Assembly (NCBI RefSeq): GCF_001194135.2
Contig: NC_068981.1
Coordinates: 144,806,170-144,870,169 of the forward strand
Reading direction: 5' to 3'
From: Octopus bimaculoides
Taxonomy: Eukaryota
Length of the DNA: 64,000 bases
Position 1 is the first letter of the stretch. Every line of letters starts with the position of its first letter. A program made the translations under genes and the position numbers. The notes beneath the pieces are model-generated. The model was not told the origin of the DNA and searched no databases. It worked only from the letters and a program-made list of their open reading frames with translations. Shown here one piece after another: positions 13,854 through 25,925 of the stretch.

Positions 13854-14581
13854 GTGAATATCAACCAGTTCAATTTCATGTACTGTCGTGGGATTTTTAA
13901 ACAATATAAGCACTCCATTATTTTCTATGACAACCTTATTAAAACTACACTCTTGATTAATACGGATCAGAAATCAAACTTTGAACTATCGACTGTTTCT
14001 TCTGACATTTCTGCTAAACTCAACAAAACACTTAAGATTCTACTGAGAATTGACTGGTTTCTGTTCAGTGCATACTTTTCATTGCTAAGAAATAGTTGAA
14101 TTTATTCAAATACTGTTATTTATTGATTGATTTTTACAACATGCATAGTACCAATAACACTATAAATAAAAGATCAAATATTCTGTTTTATAAGATTAAT
14201 TTTTTCTTGTTCAATTATTTAAAACGCAAACACTTTCATTTTATTCTTACTTTTAAGAATTGATTATTTCAGGAACAAAGAATTTAAACATGAAATTAAT
14301 TTTTATTAGTATTTCTAAAAATACTCTCTTGTGAACAAAAAAAAAGTATTTCTAGAACTAAACAAAAAAAAATATCTGAAAATAACATTTTCGAAATTTT
14401 AAAGAAAACATGTTCACTGAATGTTTAAGCGTAAACTGTGATAAGAACAGGAATTAACCTATTGTTGTTTTCCTTTCTTATTTCTGTATTTATCCACGGA
14501 AAGCGGGTTTCTTTGCATTTTATTCAAGAATTTTCTGAATGCCTAGCAGAGATGTAAATTAAGTAACTTAAAATATATATT

Positions 14582-14802
14582 TCCCACAGGGGGCTAAACA
14601 TAGAGAGGACAAACAAGGACAGACAAAGGGATGAAGTAGATTACATCGACTCCAGTGTGTAAATGGTACTTATTTAATTGACCCCGAAAGGATGAAATTC
14701 AAAGTCGACCTCGGCGGAATTTGAGCTCAGAACATAAAGACAGGCGGAATACCGCTAAGCAATTCGCCTGGTGTGCTAACGACTCTGCCAGCTCAACGCC
14801 CT
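14582..14802 (-). mobile_element. SINE-B with alternative (type-B) 3' tail and 16-bp TSD
   Basis: Standard SINE-B head and core, but the tail reads CCCACAGGGGGCTAAACATAGAGAGGACAAACAAGGACAGACAAAGG on +. TSD ACTTAAAATATATATT at 14566-14581 and 14803-14818. Confidence 0.9.
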
Positions 14803-15540
14803 ACTTAAAATATATATTGATGCCACTAGTTACAATCTTTGACGCTCTTCGTTGATGCTAAAGATAATATAGCAATCATATATGTGTTACTCAGTATAAT
14901 CTCCAGTATTCTTTCTATTAGTAGGTAACAAGGATCCTATTTTATATTTCCTTACATAGTACCGAGGAACGAAGTTGGTTTACTTCAAACTTTTGGTCAG
15001 AATACTTTTATATTCAAGGTCGATCCACAATATTTATTTTGTTATTACTGCTACTACACTGTAGTTATGGACATCATACTTAATCTCATAAAATTTCAAG
15101 GTAAGGATTATCTAATAAAAACAATAGCTAAGCGTGCAGCTGAAGTCCTTGCACTACATTTATTCTGTTTTCTTATGGACCGAGCTCAACTCGAGCTGGA
15201 GCCGTCTTCCTTTCATGAGTCTTTAAAATATGCACCTGCCTTTTACTAATTCCACTCAAGTCATTAAGCTTACAGCACACAAATATTTATATTTTCTAAT
15301 AAGAAACCAATAACTATGGCACATCCAGTTTCGTAAACACCTAACTGTGTAAGAATAAATACTTGTTAATGACAGCTTCTAAACCTAAAATGTTTTCATT
15401 TATATAATGATAAAGCATTACTAGCATAGATGATCTGATATTTACTGAAATAAATATCCTCAAGATGTTTGAAAGGCATAGGCATATATAGTCTCCAATA
15501 AAATACGTATAACATCTATATGACTTCTCAATTGATATTG

Positions 15541-15750
15541 ATTTCAAATTTTGACACAAGGCCAGAAATTATAGAGTAGGGGGTAAGTGAATTACATCGA
15601 CCTCAGTATTCAACTGGTATTGATTATAGACCACGTAAGGCTGAAAGGCAATATCCACCCCGACGGTATTTGAACCCAGAACATTAAGACGGACAAAATA
15701 CTGCTAAGCACTTTGTTCGAAATTCTAACGATTCTGCCAGCTCGCTGACT
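15541..15750 (-). mobile_element. SINE-B, decayed
   Basis: GACACAAGGCCAGAAATT...ATTACATCGACCTCAGT...TATTTGAACCCAGAAC...GATTCTGCCAGCTCGCTG. Confidence 0.8.
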
Positions 15751-16880
15751 TCAGGATTGCTATTAACTGACGTTTCTCGAAGCTGTGTAGCATAATTCCC
15801 TGTGATATGAGGACACCATAAAAATTTTCGGATAACGTGTATGTTTTATATCTAATATAGTTTAGTTTAAACACGTCGATCTCACGAAAGGCCTCCAAGA
15901 AAAACTAACGTACTGCCAAAAGTAATCAGATTCACTAGCCCATTACACTTACGGCAATTACGCGAACTGATTATATGGAGGCGACAATGAAGCGTCAGTG
16001 GAAAGAGCCGAACTACAGAAACCTCAATTCAGCATATCGAAAACATATCGTCTAACCTATCTACAGTGCTTGTCTCTAAAGAACAATATACTAAATAACA
16101 CGCAATCAAAAATTCATTATGTGTATGTCAGATATAACTGGTGAAAGTGTTTTGGCTCAATATTATATTTTTAAATGTTGCTTAGATTATAAATGTATTA
16201 ATAAAGGTTATAAAGGTTCGAAAAGAATAATAGACATTTTAGTTTTTAGCACCTTTGTTTCAAATGAATATTAGATATTTAGTAGATCAAAGACTAAAAA
16301 TCATGAATTATTTTGCGGGTGAAAATGCAAACGAATAAAAAAGTTTATTGATGTCTGTGACATTTCATCTTTCAATGGAAAGCAGTGCAGCTGAGAATTG
16401 ACACGGCTAACAGTGATTTGATTATTAGTATTTCAATAAACTATTACTAACGTTTAGAAAATTTATCAATTCTACTAATTAAAAAGATTAGACATTCCAT
16501 ATATATACAGATATTAGGCGTGACAATACGCGTAATCATTCATGCCTTTAGGACATGTACGCGTCTGAAATCTCTAACCTCATAACCATCACAAGAATAG
16601 TGGACTATGAGGATAACTGGATGGATGTATGTTATATTGTCTCTTCATTTTCTTGAAGGAAAAACTCAGCATTTCGAGTTTGTTTCTTAAACACTTATGA
16701 AAAGACAATGAAGTATGATTAGAATATGAATATGTAATCTACGTAAAGAAGTTGTAATTCTGAACGCTCCGTGTGTCATAGATTTTGAATGAAATACGTA
16801 TCTTCTGGAAAGCTGACTGCTGCAGCACTACATACATTTCGTTACATAAATATATATTCATATATGTATGCATACATATA

Positions 16881-17755
16881 CAGGGTATTCGGGCTAAATA
16901 TAACTATTTCTATGTCCCCTTTTTTCAGGAACAGCTTGATGTATTGGTGAACAGTCAACGACGTTAGAGAACATAATGACTAAAGTTGTAGTTGAGAAAA
17001 GGTTAGCTGATATGGAAGATGGGAAGCCATCTGAATATTGGAAAAGAGTTCCCTATATCATGATGATTCGTGCTAGGTATCAAATGTTAACAGCCTGGCT
17101 CAATGCCCCATGAATACTGTAAGGGCTGTAAGACGTGACATGAACAGCTGCAACAGAGACTACGAAGCTGAGGCGAGCCAGAAGAATCACAGCAGGCATT
17201 CAGGCTGCCTTCGTTCGCCGGAATCGATCCCCACATCTTTGAACAGGATCTTAGGCTCAATTCAAACGGCTATATAAAGCTGCTGGAGGATGTAGTTAAA
17301 CCGTGGCTGAAGAGAGTTTCTCCTGGAAGGTCATATGTGTAGCAACAGTTTTCGGGGCTTTGTCACACTTCCGGAAAGTGTCAGAAGTGACTGTCGGAGA
17401 ATTTCTACGATTTCGCCAGCCCCAATTTCTGGCCTCCTAATTCGTCCGTAATTCAAAGGATAACTATGCGAGGTATATGTTTGAGAAAGACAATCAACTG
17501 CTCAGCTTGCAACACCAAGAGCGAGTTGGTGACCAAGATCAACGAGGCGTTCTTTTCAGGGATACAAGAACACAAGGACCAACGTCTGAAGCTATCTTGA
17601 TGCCGTGATAGAAGCTGAAGGCGATTACTTTCAGTAAACTGTTACCTTTCAGTCACAATCTAGTCGATTATTTTCAAAACATTTAGTTTTTGGACGGGAT
17701 ATTATCTTTTCTTTTCCTTTTATTCAAACTGTCAAATTTATCCAGAGCACTATCG
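16881..17755 (+). mobile_element. Internally deleted Tc1/mariner transposon (maT/DD37D-like transposase remnant)
   Basis: Interrupted translation LRLNSNGYIKLLEDVVKPWLKRVSPGRSYV*QQ...CHTSGKCQK*LSENFYDFASPNFWPPNS...CNTKSELVTKINEAF...LDAVIEAEGDYFQ*. Degenerate TIRs TA|CAGGGTATTCGGGCTAAAT and reverse-complement TA|CGATAGTGCTCTGGATAAAT. Confidence 0.85.
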
Positions 17756-17924
17756 TAATATAATTGTATTGCTTTGTATTTACGTACATATATACACCAT
17801 ATGCGCTCTGATATACTTTTACTTATATATATTTCTCTTTCATAGAGAACTAAATCTTATACACATATAATTGAATTACTCAACAACTACACATACATCA
17901 GAGTATGTCATTCGCACACAATAC

Positions 17925-18046
17925 ATACTTATACACACACACACATACACACACACACACATATATATATATATACATAATGCATCGATTTCTAATTCCC
18001 GTTTGTTCTAGGAAACCTATAAAACATATACGTATGTGTGCATGTA

Positions 18047-18120
<74 letters not shown>
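17925..18120. repeat. (CA)n/(TA)n and (CT)n(CA)n microsatellites
   Basis: Directly visible. Confidence 0.95.
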
Positions 18121-18123
<3 letters not shown>

Positions 18124-19689
18124 TTATAAATTTGCAAGCAAACTCGGACGGAGAAGAGCGACTCACATACGTTCTTTTTAATAGTAACTCTCATTATATA
18201 TTACTCATATAATAATATATAAAAATATATAATGATTTCAGATGGCGACTTGATATTATTTTTACGTTGTAGGTTTGTTAATGGCGACTCATATCTTATA
18301 CGTGTCTATTTAAACAAAAATTAAGAAAAAAATAATAATGTGTTTTAATATAATATTTTTAGGGCAAAAATTATCCAATTAATATTCAGTAAGTAAATTG
18401 TGAACTTAATAATTTACAAAAAGTTAGAGGAAGTTGCAAACGTAGGTGATACATACGATAATATATTGTTTAAATGCAACATAAAAAGTACAGACTTTAT
18501 ATTAATTTCAATATAAAATGAAGAGTAAATGAATTAAAGAAATATCAGAATAGTTATGTAGCGTAAGAAAAGTATATATAAATTATAAAAGAATATTAAT
18601 TGTTTCATATCTGCACAATAATTACAATGTAAAATAATTACGCACGCACGCACACATATACACACAAATATATTTATATATGTGTGCATGCTTGTATGTG
18701 TATATATGCTTGTAATTATGTATGTATGTATGTATGTATGTATGTATGTATGTATGTATGTATGTATGATTGTATGTATGTCAATAGAAAGACATCAATG
18801 ATAGTTAAAATACTACTCTAACAAACGACAAGGTAATTTGTACATTGTCGCTCAAACTGCTAAGAACAATCAGCAAATCTCTTTCGAATTAGCCCCCTCT
18901 GACTTTTAAAATAACGATAGATTTGCTATCATCGTTTTTGCTAAACTCCGCCAGAAACTAAAAAAAAAATAGGTGTCAAGGTTGGAACACTTTCCTTCAT
19001 AGGTCATCTTGATCAAGGCTAACCGGAAGATAATCAACTCCCTTATCTTCCAACATTAAATTCAGACCGGTGCCTGAAGGTTACGACTGCACTTTATGCA
19101 CTTAATTTTTTCGACACTAGAATATCTATTTCTCATTATCCTAGTCTCCTAGCCAGAGATTAACGAATAGCATATTAAACTACATGGAAATTATGTAAAT
19201 TTATTCATAACTCAACGTTACCTTAGGAAATATCTCATATTACCATCCATTAGGCTTGAGTTTAGTCATTTTAAATACCGATTTGTACCGAATCATTTAC
19301 AATGATTAATGATCAGAAACCAGCTTCCTCTCGAGATGACGTGAAGAAATGTTTGGTAATTATTTAACACTGGTCTCTAAACAGTAATTATAATTCCGAA
19401 TCATATGGAAGTATCGGTACTAATTTGAATCAGTTTTACAGCGGTTCTTCATTGGAATTATATGTTTGGCTTCTTTTGGAAAATAAAGAGACTATCTAGC
19501 TTAAGGTCAGCTTGTCAAACTGCAGATTATATCTAATTATTCATTCCATGGAATCCTTATTGCTGTGTTGTCCAGTCAACCAGACCTAAAACCTGTAAAG
19601 CAGAAGTAATAATGTTTGCGGAAAGTGGAAAAACGAATATATATATATATATATATACTTTTTCACACCTACATACACACATACATACG

Positions 19690-20003
19690 TTAAGATCACC
19701 AGCATTCTCTCACACACACACACGGCTTCTCGTATTTAGGTTCACCGCTTCTTTCCCCTTTGTTATCTCCCCTTTTTCTTAGCTTTCCTGCGTGAACTTT
19801 CTGTCCGGCAGTCGGCATGATAGATCGCTGACCACTACATTTAATTTTTTTTCTCCTTGTTTTTTCTCCTTATTTCATTCTGTTGAAGAGCGTAGCTCGA
19901 AACGTTAAATACTTTTTCTATTCCCGAGCGTTAAACTAATACATCCTTTTGTTGTTTACACCACCTGTCCTCGTCTGTTGTTTTTTCGTAAATTCTCCTA
20001 TAT
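19690..20003 (+). mobile_element. Repeat relic with hammerhead-like core, probably Penelope-like terminal repeat
   Basis: CTGTTGA-AGAGC-GTA-GCTC-GAAAC-GTT at 19880-19906, then CCCGAGCGTT. Ends in (TA)n at a gap. Homologous to 6060-6225. Confidence 0.5.
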
Positions 20004-20214
20004 NNNNNNNNNNNNNNNNNNNNNNNNNNNNNNNNNNNNNNNNNNNNNNNNNNNNNNNNNNNNNNNNNNNNNNNNNATATATATATATATATATATAACG
20101 GAGTTATTAGTGACGCATTATCAATATATACCTATCAATCTGCAATGGTGATCATCTCTATCCTCGGACCCTCTCACACGAATATGCGGAGTCCTTTACT
20201 AATCTAAACAATAT

Positions 20215-20462
20215 TGCTAGCCTAGTGTAGTAACAGAGAGCAGAAAATTTGGTGAGAAGGAACTAGTCGATTACATCGACACCAGTGTTTCACTGTTACT
20301 TAATTTATCAACCCCGAGAAGATGAAAAGCTAAGTAGACCTTAGCGGAATTTGAAGTCAGAACATAGCAACGGGCGAAATGCCGCGAAGCATTTGGTTCG
20401 GCATGCAAACGATTCTGTCAGCTCGCCGCCTTAATATTAACAATAATAAAAACAACAACGAG

Positions 20463-20501
<39 letters not shown>

Positions 20502-21003
20502 AATAATAATAATAATAATAGTGGTTTCAAATTTTGTCACAAGAGCACCCATTTTGGGGGAGAGGATGAGTCGATTACATCGACCTAGTGTTTAAACGGT
20601 ATTATTTTTATCTTTTCTACTCTAGGCACAAGGCCCAAAATTTTGTGGGATGGGGCCAGTCGATGACATCGTCCCCAGTACGCAACTGGTACTTAATTTA
20701 TCGACCCCGAAAGGATGAAAGGCAAAGTGCACCTCGGTGTAATTTGAACTCAGGTGGTAGCGACAGACGAAATATCGCTAAGCATTTCGTCCGGCGTGCC
20801 AACGTTTCTGCCTCCTTCCTACTAAAGGCACAAGGCCTGAAAATTTGATGGGAGGGGACTAATCGATCACATCGACACCAGTGTTTCACTGGTACTTAAT
20901 TTATCAACCCCGAAAACATGAAAAGCTAAGTCGACCTCAGCGGAATTTGAACTACCGCTAAGCAATTGGTCCAGCATGCTAACGATTCTGTCAGCGCGCC
21001 ACC

Positions 21004-21061
<58 letters not shown>

Positions 21062-21125
21062 TAACAATAAGAAGAAGAAGAAGAAGAAAAAGAAGAAGAA
21101 GAAGAACAACAACAACAACAACAAC

Positions 21126-21162
<37 letters not shown>

Positions 21163-21318
21163 GCTTCAAATTTTGTTACAAGATCAGCCATTTTGGGAGA
21201 TGTGACGATTACATCGACCCCAGTGTTTCACTGGTACTTAATTTATCGATATCGAAAGGATGAAAGGCAAAGTCGGCTTCGGCGACGGGCGAAATACCGC
21301 TAAGCATTTAGTCCGGTG
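20215..21318 (-). mobile_element. Head-to-tail array of about 5 SINE-B copies separated by (AAT)/(AAC)/(AAG) tracts
   Basis: Copies at about 20215-20432, 20521-20600 (partial), 20606-20820, 20821-21004 and 21161-21318. Each shows ATCGAC...CAGT...TTTATC(G/A)AC and/or GAATTTGAA(C/G)T. Confidence 0.9.
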
Positions 21319-21600
21319 GAGCTGAACAATATCTTGCACAGAGAAGTGAAAGACAAGGTCACCACTGCATATTTGAAGCCACTCAAAATAGTCATTCAAT
21401 CAAAACTCAACTCAAGGAGCCTTGTTACTGCCATCAGCATATGTGCTGATGCTGTAGTCTGCTATAGTGCACCCATCCTGAAATGGAAACGAGCGAAGAG
21501 ATCAACTCGATCGCACAACCGGAAAGACAATGACATTGAATGGTGCCCATCACCCTAAGGCCAACGTACACAGGTTCTATACGAAGAGATGTAAAGATGG
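21319..21600 (+). mobile_element. R4/Dong-like LINE fragment (post-RT thumb region)
   Basis: KDKVTTAYLKPLKIVIQSKLNSRSLVTAISICADAVVCYSAPILKW, then after a frameshift DQLDRTTGKTMTLNGAHHPKANVHRFYTKRCKDGCGL, matching the LHP..D..RLY..R..GGRGL motif of RLE-type LINEs. Confidence 0.8.
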
Positions 21601-21860
21601 ATGTGGGCTGAATATCGTACGGGAGTGCATCGGAAGCTGCTAGAAATGAATACTAAAGTTAATTCTGTTATCAGTAGGATAGATACCAAAAATATAGGAG
21701 ACACTAACTTATTGATCTATGCAGGAGAGGCAGTTGTCACTAGAAGTTTAGATATTTCACAGGGAAAGATTGAAGAAGAGCAAATGAGGCAAAGGAGACT
21801 ACAAAATAAATTAAAAACTTTAAGACAAGATCTGAGAAGAATAGAAAGCTGGAAACTCTT
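21601..21860 (+). mobile_element. R4/Dong-like LINE fragment (N-terminal, pre-RT region)
   Basis: GDTNLLIYAGEAVVTRSL...QRRLQNKLKTLRQDLRRIE, homologous to ETNQPLIY*GETV...LKRHLGQVDRL at about 46230-46320 on the minus strand. Confidence 0.65.
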
Positions 21861-23439
21861 CAAGACATTAAAGGCAAGTAATGACCAGTCAATTTTAGAC
21901 ATACCAGTATTCAAACTAAATGATTTCTTGCATGTAAATTGTTGCTACATTGCTTGAAAGACATTTGCAATGGTCCGTTCAGTGTAGAGTAATAAAATAA
22001 ACAAATGTCCACTGTCTAACTTAGTTCTATTAGTTAAATAAGTTTATTCGGAAAATGAATCAAATTAATGACGTTCAGTTGGACAAAGCTTTTTAAATCA
22101 AAGCCGTGACAAACTTTAGACATGCACATCAAAATTGGCTAAAGTTCAATATGTATGGCTAAATGATTTTGAACGTATCATGTTAATCGCAGTAAAACAG
22201 TAAAAATGTAAATTTTATTGCATTCGTCAAGCAAACAAATTTCAGTTAATATTTGAAACGCGGACACAAGCTTAGACAACTATAGCAAATATTATAGTTA
22301 AGATGATCAGAAGCAGATAATTATAGCTGTAGACATGTGTTATTGACATTCAGACATTCACGTTCTTGTTTATAGGAGCAACGGTTAATCACTGGTAATT
22401 CCACAACATATAGAACAATTGTTCTTTTTTGATGTCAACATTCATTATAGAATTATACAANNNNNNNNNNAGTTTTCTCGTTGGTAAATAGAAGAAAAAA
22501 AAATGAAATGTCCATTAGTTTAATTAACTATAAATTACAATTAAGCAAATGTATAAAATTTCCCATTAATATTGTCATTTTATAAATATTCAGATTGGAA
22601 ATACATAAAATTTGAGAAATGTGATAGAAGACAGGTGAAGGTTTCGATCAATTGAATTTAAACAAGCATGAAGAAAATAATATGAAATTTTTATGTAACT
22701 GTTCACACAAATTAGGATCAGTTTATTTCATTTATTTTATATATTTTATTTAAAATTTCAAATGGTAGCATCTTTGGTTACAGGCTTCCAACTGCCCAAT
22801 TGCTGGTTCACTGCATGATGTGAGATTATATTTTACAATTATAAACTAATATTGAATTCTAAGATGTTAATTTAACTTTGTGTAATATTCAACTTCACCA
22901 CGATTAATTATATGCACAGCTCACTAATTAAGCTAAACAATAAGACTTTCAGCTGGTATTTTATAACCATAAGCGTGTATAATTCTTCAAATTAACTTCT
23001 AAACAATAATTTCCATTTGTATTGTGGATGCCAATAAGCAATATATGTACAATATATTCGTAATTAAACCTGCTTCATTCACGCTGATATCATCGGGAGA
23101 TGAATGAATACCACGACTTTCCTAGTGCATTCCCCAAATTTATAATTTATTTTGTGTCGGACTGAGCATCACTAATATATCAACTTAGAAAAGTACTTTA
23201 GCTTAATGAGAAGTGATTGCATATTTCCTTTGTTTTCTTTGGGATATTGTACCACAGTTGTCACTCGCAAACTTGTATGATTTAGTAGCATGTATCAAGC
23301 TATTACTATTTGTTTTATATGCCTGTCTCATGCGCAGTTATCCTGTCATCTCTTCCACCCTTTATACAGTAAGACATAGGGAACATGGTAACTGAGGGTA
23401 GTGAGAGAGCTGTACCAGCACACAGCTGATACCTAAGTC

Positions 23440-23575
23440 TAATCGTTTGAAAATGAGTAATTTGAAACGAAACACCTTGCGCAATGTCATAACGTACCGC
23501 TCCATACAGGAATTGAACGCATGACCTTGTGGTGCTGAGCCCAACACTACAGTTACTGCTAGGACACAAGGCCAT
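23440..23575 (-). mobile_element. tRNA-derived SINE family D, decayed 5' part
   Basis: AAACACCTTGCGCAATGTCATAACGTACCGC...GGAATTGAACGCATGACC; similar to 25830-25925. Confidence 0.5.
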
Positions 23576-23759
23576 GTACGAATCGTGATATTTGAGAATT
23601 TACCAAGATCTCCTCCATCATAACGCGAATAACAAATTTCTTCCGCAGTGAAATGTTTAAATCTCCAAACTTCGTAATTTGTCCCTTTTCAGTTGAACCT
23701 GTATCAGTCTTAGCCTTCTGTTATCTATGATAATTTAGTGTCATATTAAATTGATCCTG

Positions 23760-23924
23760 CAAGGCGCTGAGCTGGCAGAATCGTTAGTTTAAATTCCGCC
23801 GAGGTCGACTTTGCCTTGCGTCCTTCGGGGTCGATAAATTAAGTAACACTCAAGAACTAGGGTCGATGTCATCGACTGTCGCCCTCCCTACAAAAACACA
23901 GGCCTTGTGCCTATAGTAGAAATG
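23760..23924 (+). mobile_element. SINE-B (type-A tail) with about 50-bp internal deletion and 17-bp TSD
   Basis: Head AAGGCGCTGAGCTGGCAGAATCGTTAG joined directly to TTTAAATTCCGCCGAGG; tail GGCCTTGTGCCTATAGTAGAAATG. TSD ATATTAAATTGATCCTG at 23743-23759 and 23925-23941. Confidence 0.9.
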
Positions 23925-24645
23925 ATATTAAATTGATCCTGTATTTGAGTGAAATTTTAATTGAACTGCAAAATGTCGACCTCGACTGTCGTTGAACACA
24001 GAACTAAAAGATCCGTAACTACATACAAAACATTTTGGCCCGAAGTTTTAGTAATTTTGCCAATCCACAGAACACTATACTTTCAATATTTCTTTTACAC
24101 GTATAACTAACTGAAATCTACTCCCAATACTACCTTTCAATAACATTCTTTCAACAGTTTCTTCATTCTAACATCTCTTTATAGTCTTCAAATGTATACT
24201 ATTCATCGCAGTTGAAAAGTTTTTCAATGCTTCTGTTCAATACAACTCTTTCAACATTTAGTATAAATCTGACATTTAGGTTTTTTTTCAGTCATGATTC
24301 TACTGCTATATCAATGAGTTATTTGACTAAATCATTTCAAACATATTTTAAACGTTAACAAAATACACATAAATATCTGTTAAAACATTTACGTTATCAA
24401 CATATTCAAAATATATATTAGCCTCTTGCCACAATATCTACCAACATTTAATAAAAAGAATTTACAAATCGCAAACGCCCGACCAATTTTCTGTACTGTT
24501 AACATGCCTCCGATGTAATTTTTCGCCAGCATATTCATCTACGTATTAAATTACACCCGAAGAAATGCCATCCGTTTTGTAAATAAATAATTTAACACAA
24601 AAACATTTCTGTTCGTTTTTTTACCCTTATCTCAATATGAAACTG

Positions 24646-24710
24646 TTCTTTTTCATTTCTTGTTCTTTTTCATTTCTTGTTCTTTTTCATTTCTTGTTCT
24701 TTTTCATTTC
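24646..24710. repeat. 17-bp minisatellite (TTCTTTTTCATTTCTTG), about 3.8 copies
   Basis: Directly visible. Confidence 0.9.
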
Positions 24711-25759
24711 CCCGTATCTAATAGAATCTATCCATATTCTTTTCTTTTCAAAAATACTTCGCCAAACCATAACGTCTTCGTAATTCGATTTGGGTTTCGA
24801 GATGAAGTAGTTTTTGCTTTTATTACGCCACTGATACCTGTCTCCTTTTAAGAGATCGTTGGTAGACCTGAAAGAGGTCGCACCGAAATCTCCATTAAAT
24901 CAAAACCTTATAAAAAAATTCATCGTATTGATTGATTCCTGATAAAGTAACGTGATAGTAACCAATAACCCAGCAATGAGTATTATAAGAATTCATCTAA
25001 GCAACTGTATGTCGGTTTGTAAGAATGTTCCCAGTTGTAAGTAACAATTTTGCATCAATATAGATGATGTTTTGCATTAATATAGATGGAAGCTTGCATA
25101 GAAGCACATGTTTCTCTTGATCACATGATAAATAACTGTGATTAATTTTTTGCGTATTTATATCAATCGCAACTTGCTCAGATGCCATAAATCTGAGTAA
25201 ATCAATCTTGTAGAAACCAACTGAAAATTGACAGCACCTTTATTAAAGTAATTTCTCCACAATACCATGAATTAGCGTCATGACATTTTGAGCAGATGAC
25301 TTCTGCTTGCGAATAACCTAGGGCAATATACCAACTTCATTCGATGTCCATAAAAGAGTTAATTAATCTTGAAACGTATTATATTTAGATTCTACACTCC
25401 TCCCAACAAAGGAGCTTAGCAAAATCTCTTTTTCGAACATTCTGTTTATATATGTTGAACAAATATATTTTATGCACAGAGACAGCATGAATCAGAACTG
25501 TGATAAGTTTATATATTACAAAAGCATAGAAGAAATTTGTTTGCATTCTTCATATTTCACCTAAAGTCAGGCCTTATAATATTTGAATATATTTACAGAG
25601 TCGTTGAAGTTTCTTTTCAGTGATATTCGGATCTATTTAAAAGTAACCATGTTCTTGCTAATTGTTTTGGCTATGTGTGCAGTCATGAGCAGTCATAGAT
25701 AACATCAAATCGTCCTGGTTCTTCTACCGAGCAAGACATCCAGAATATGAATGTTATAG

Positions 25760-25925
25760 GGAGACAAACCTACATCAGCAACTGGCTGACACTTACAAGA
25801 GCTAAGCACGCTGGCACATAATGAAATAAAATTTCTTACTCGAGGACACAACACACCACTTGATCCGGGAACTGAAGCAACGAATTTATTATCTTGAACC
25901 AAACACTCTGACACTGAGCCAAGTG
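25760..25925 (-). mobile_element. SINE family D, decayed
   Basis: TTTCTTACTCGAGGACACAACACACCACTTGATCCGGGAACTGAAGCAACG...CACTCTGACACTGAGCCA. Confidence 0.55.
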
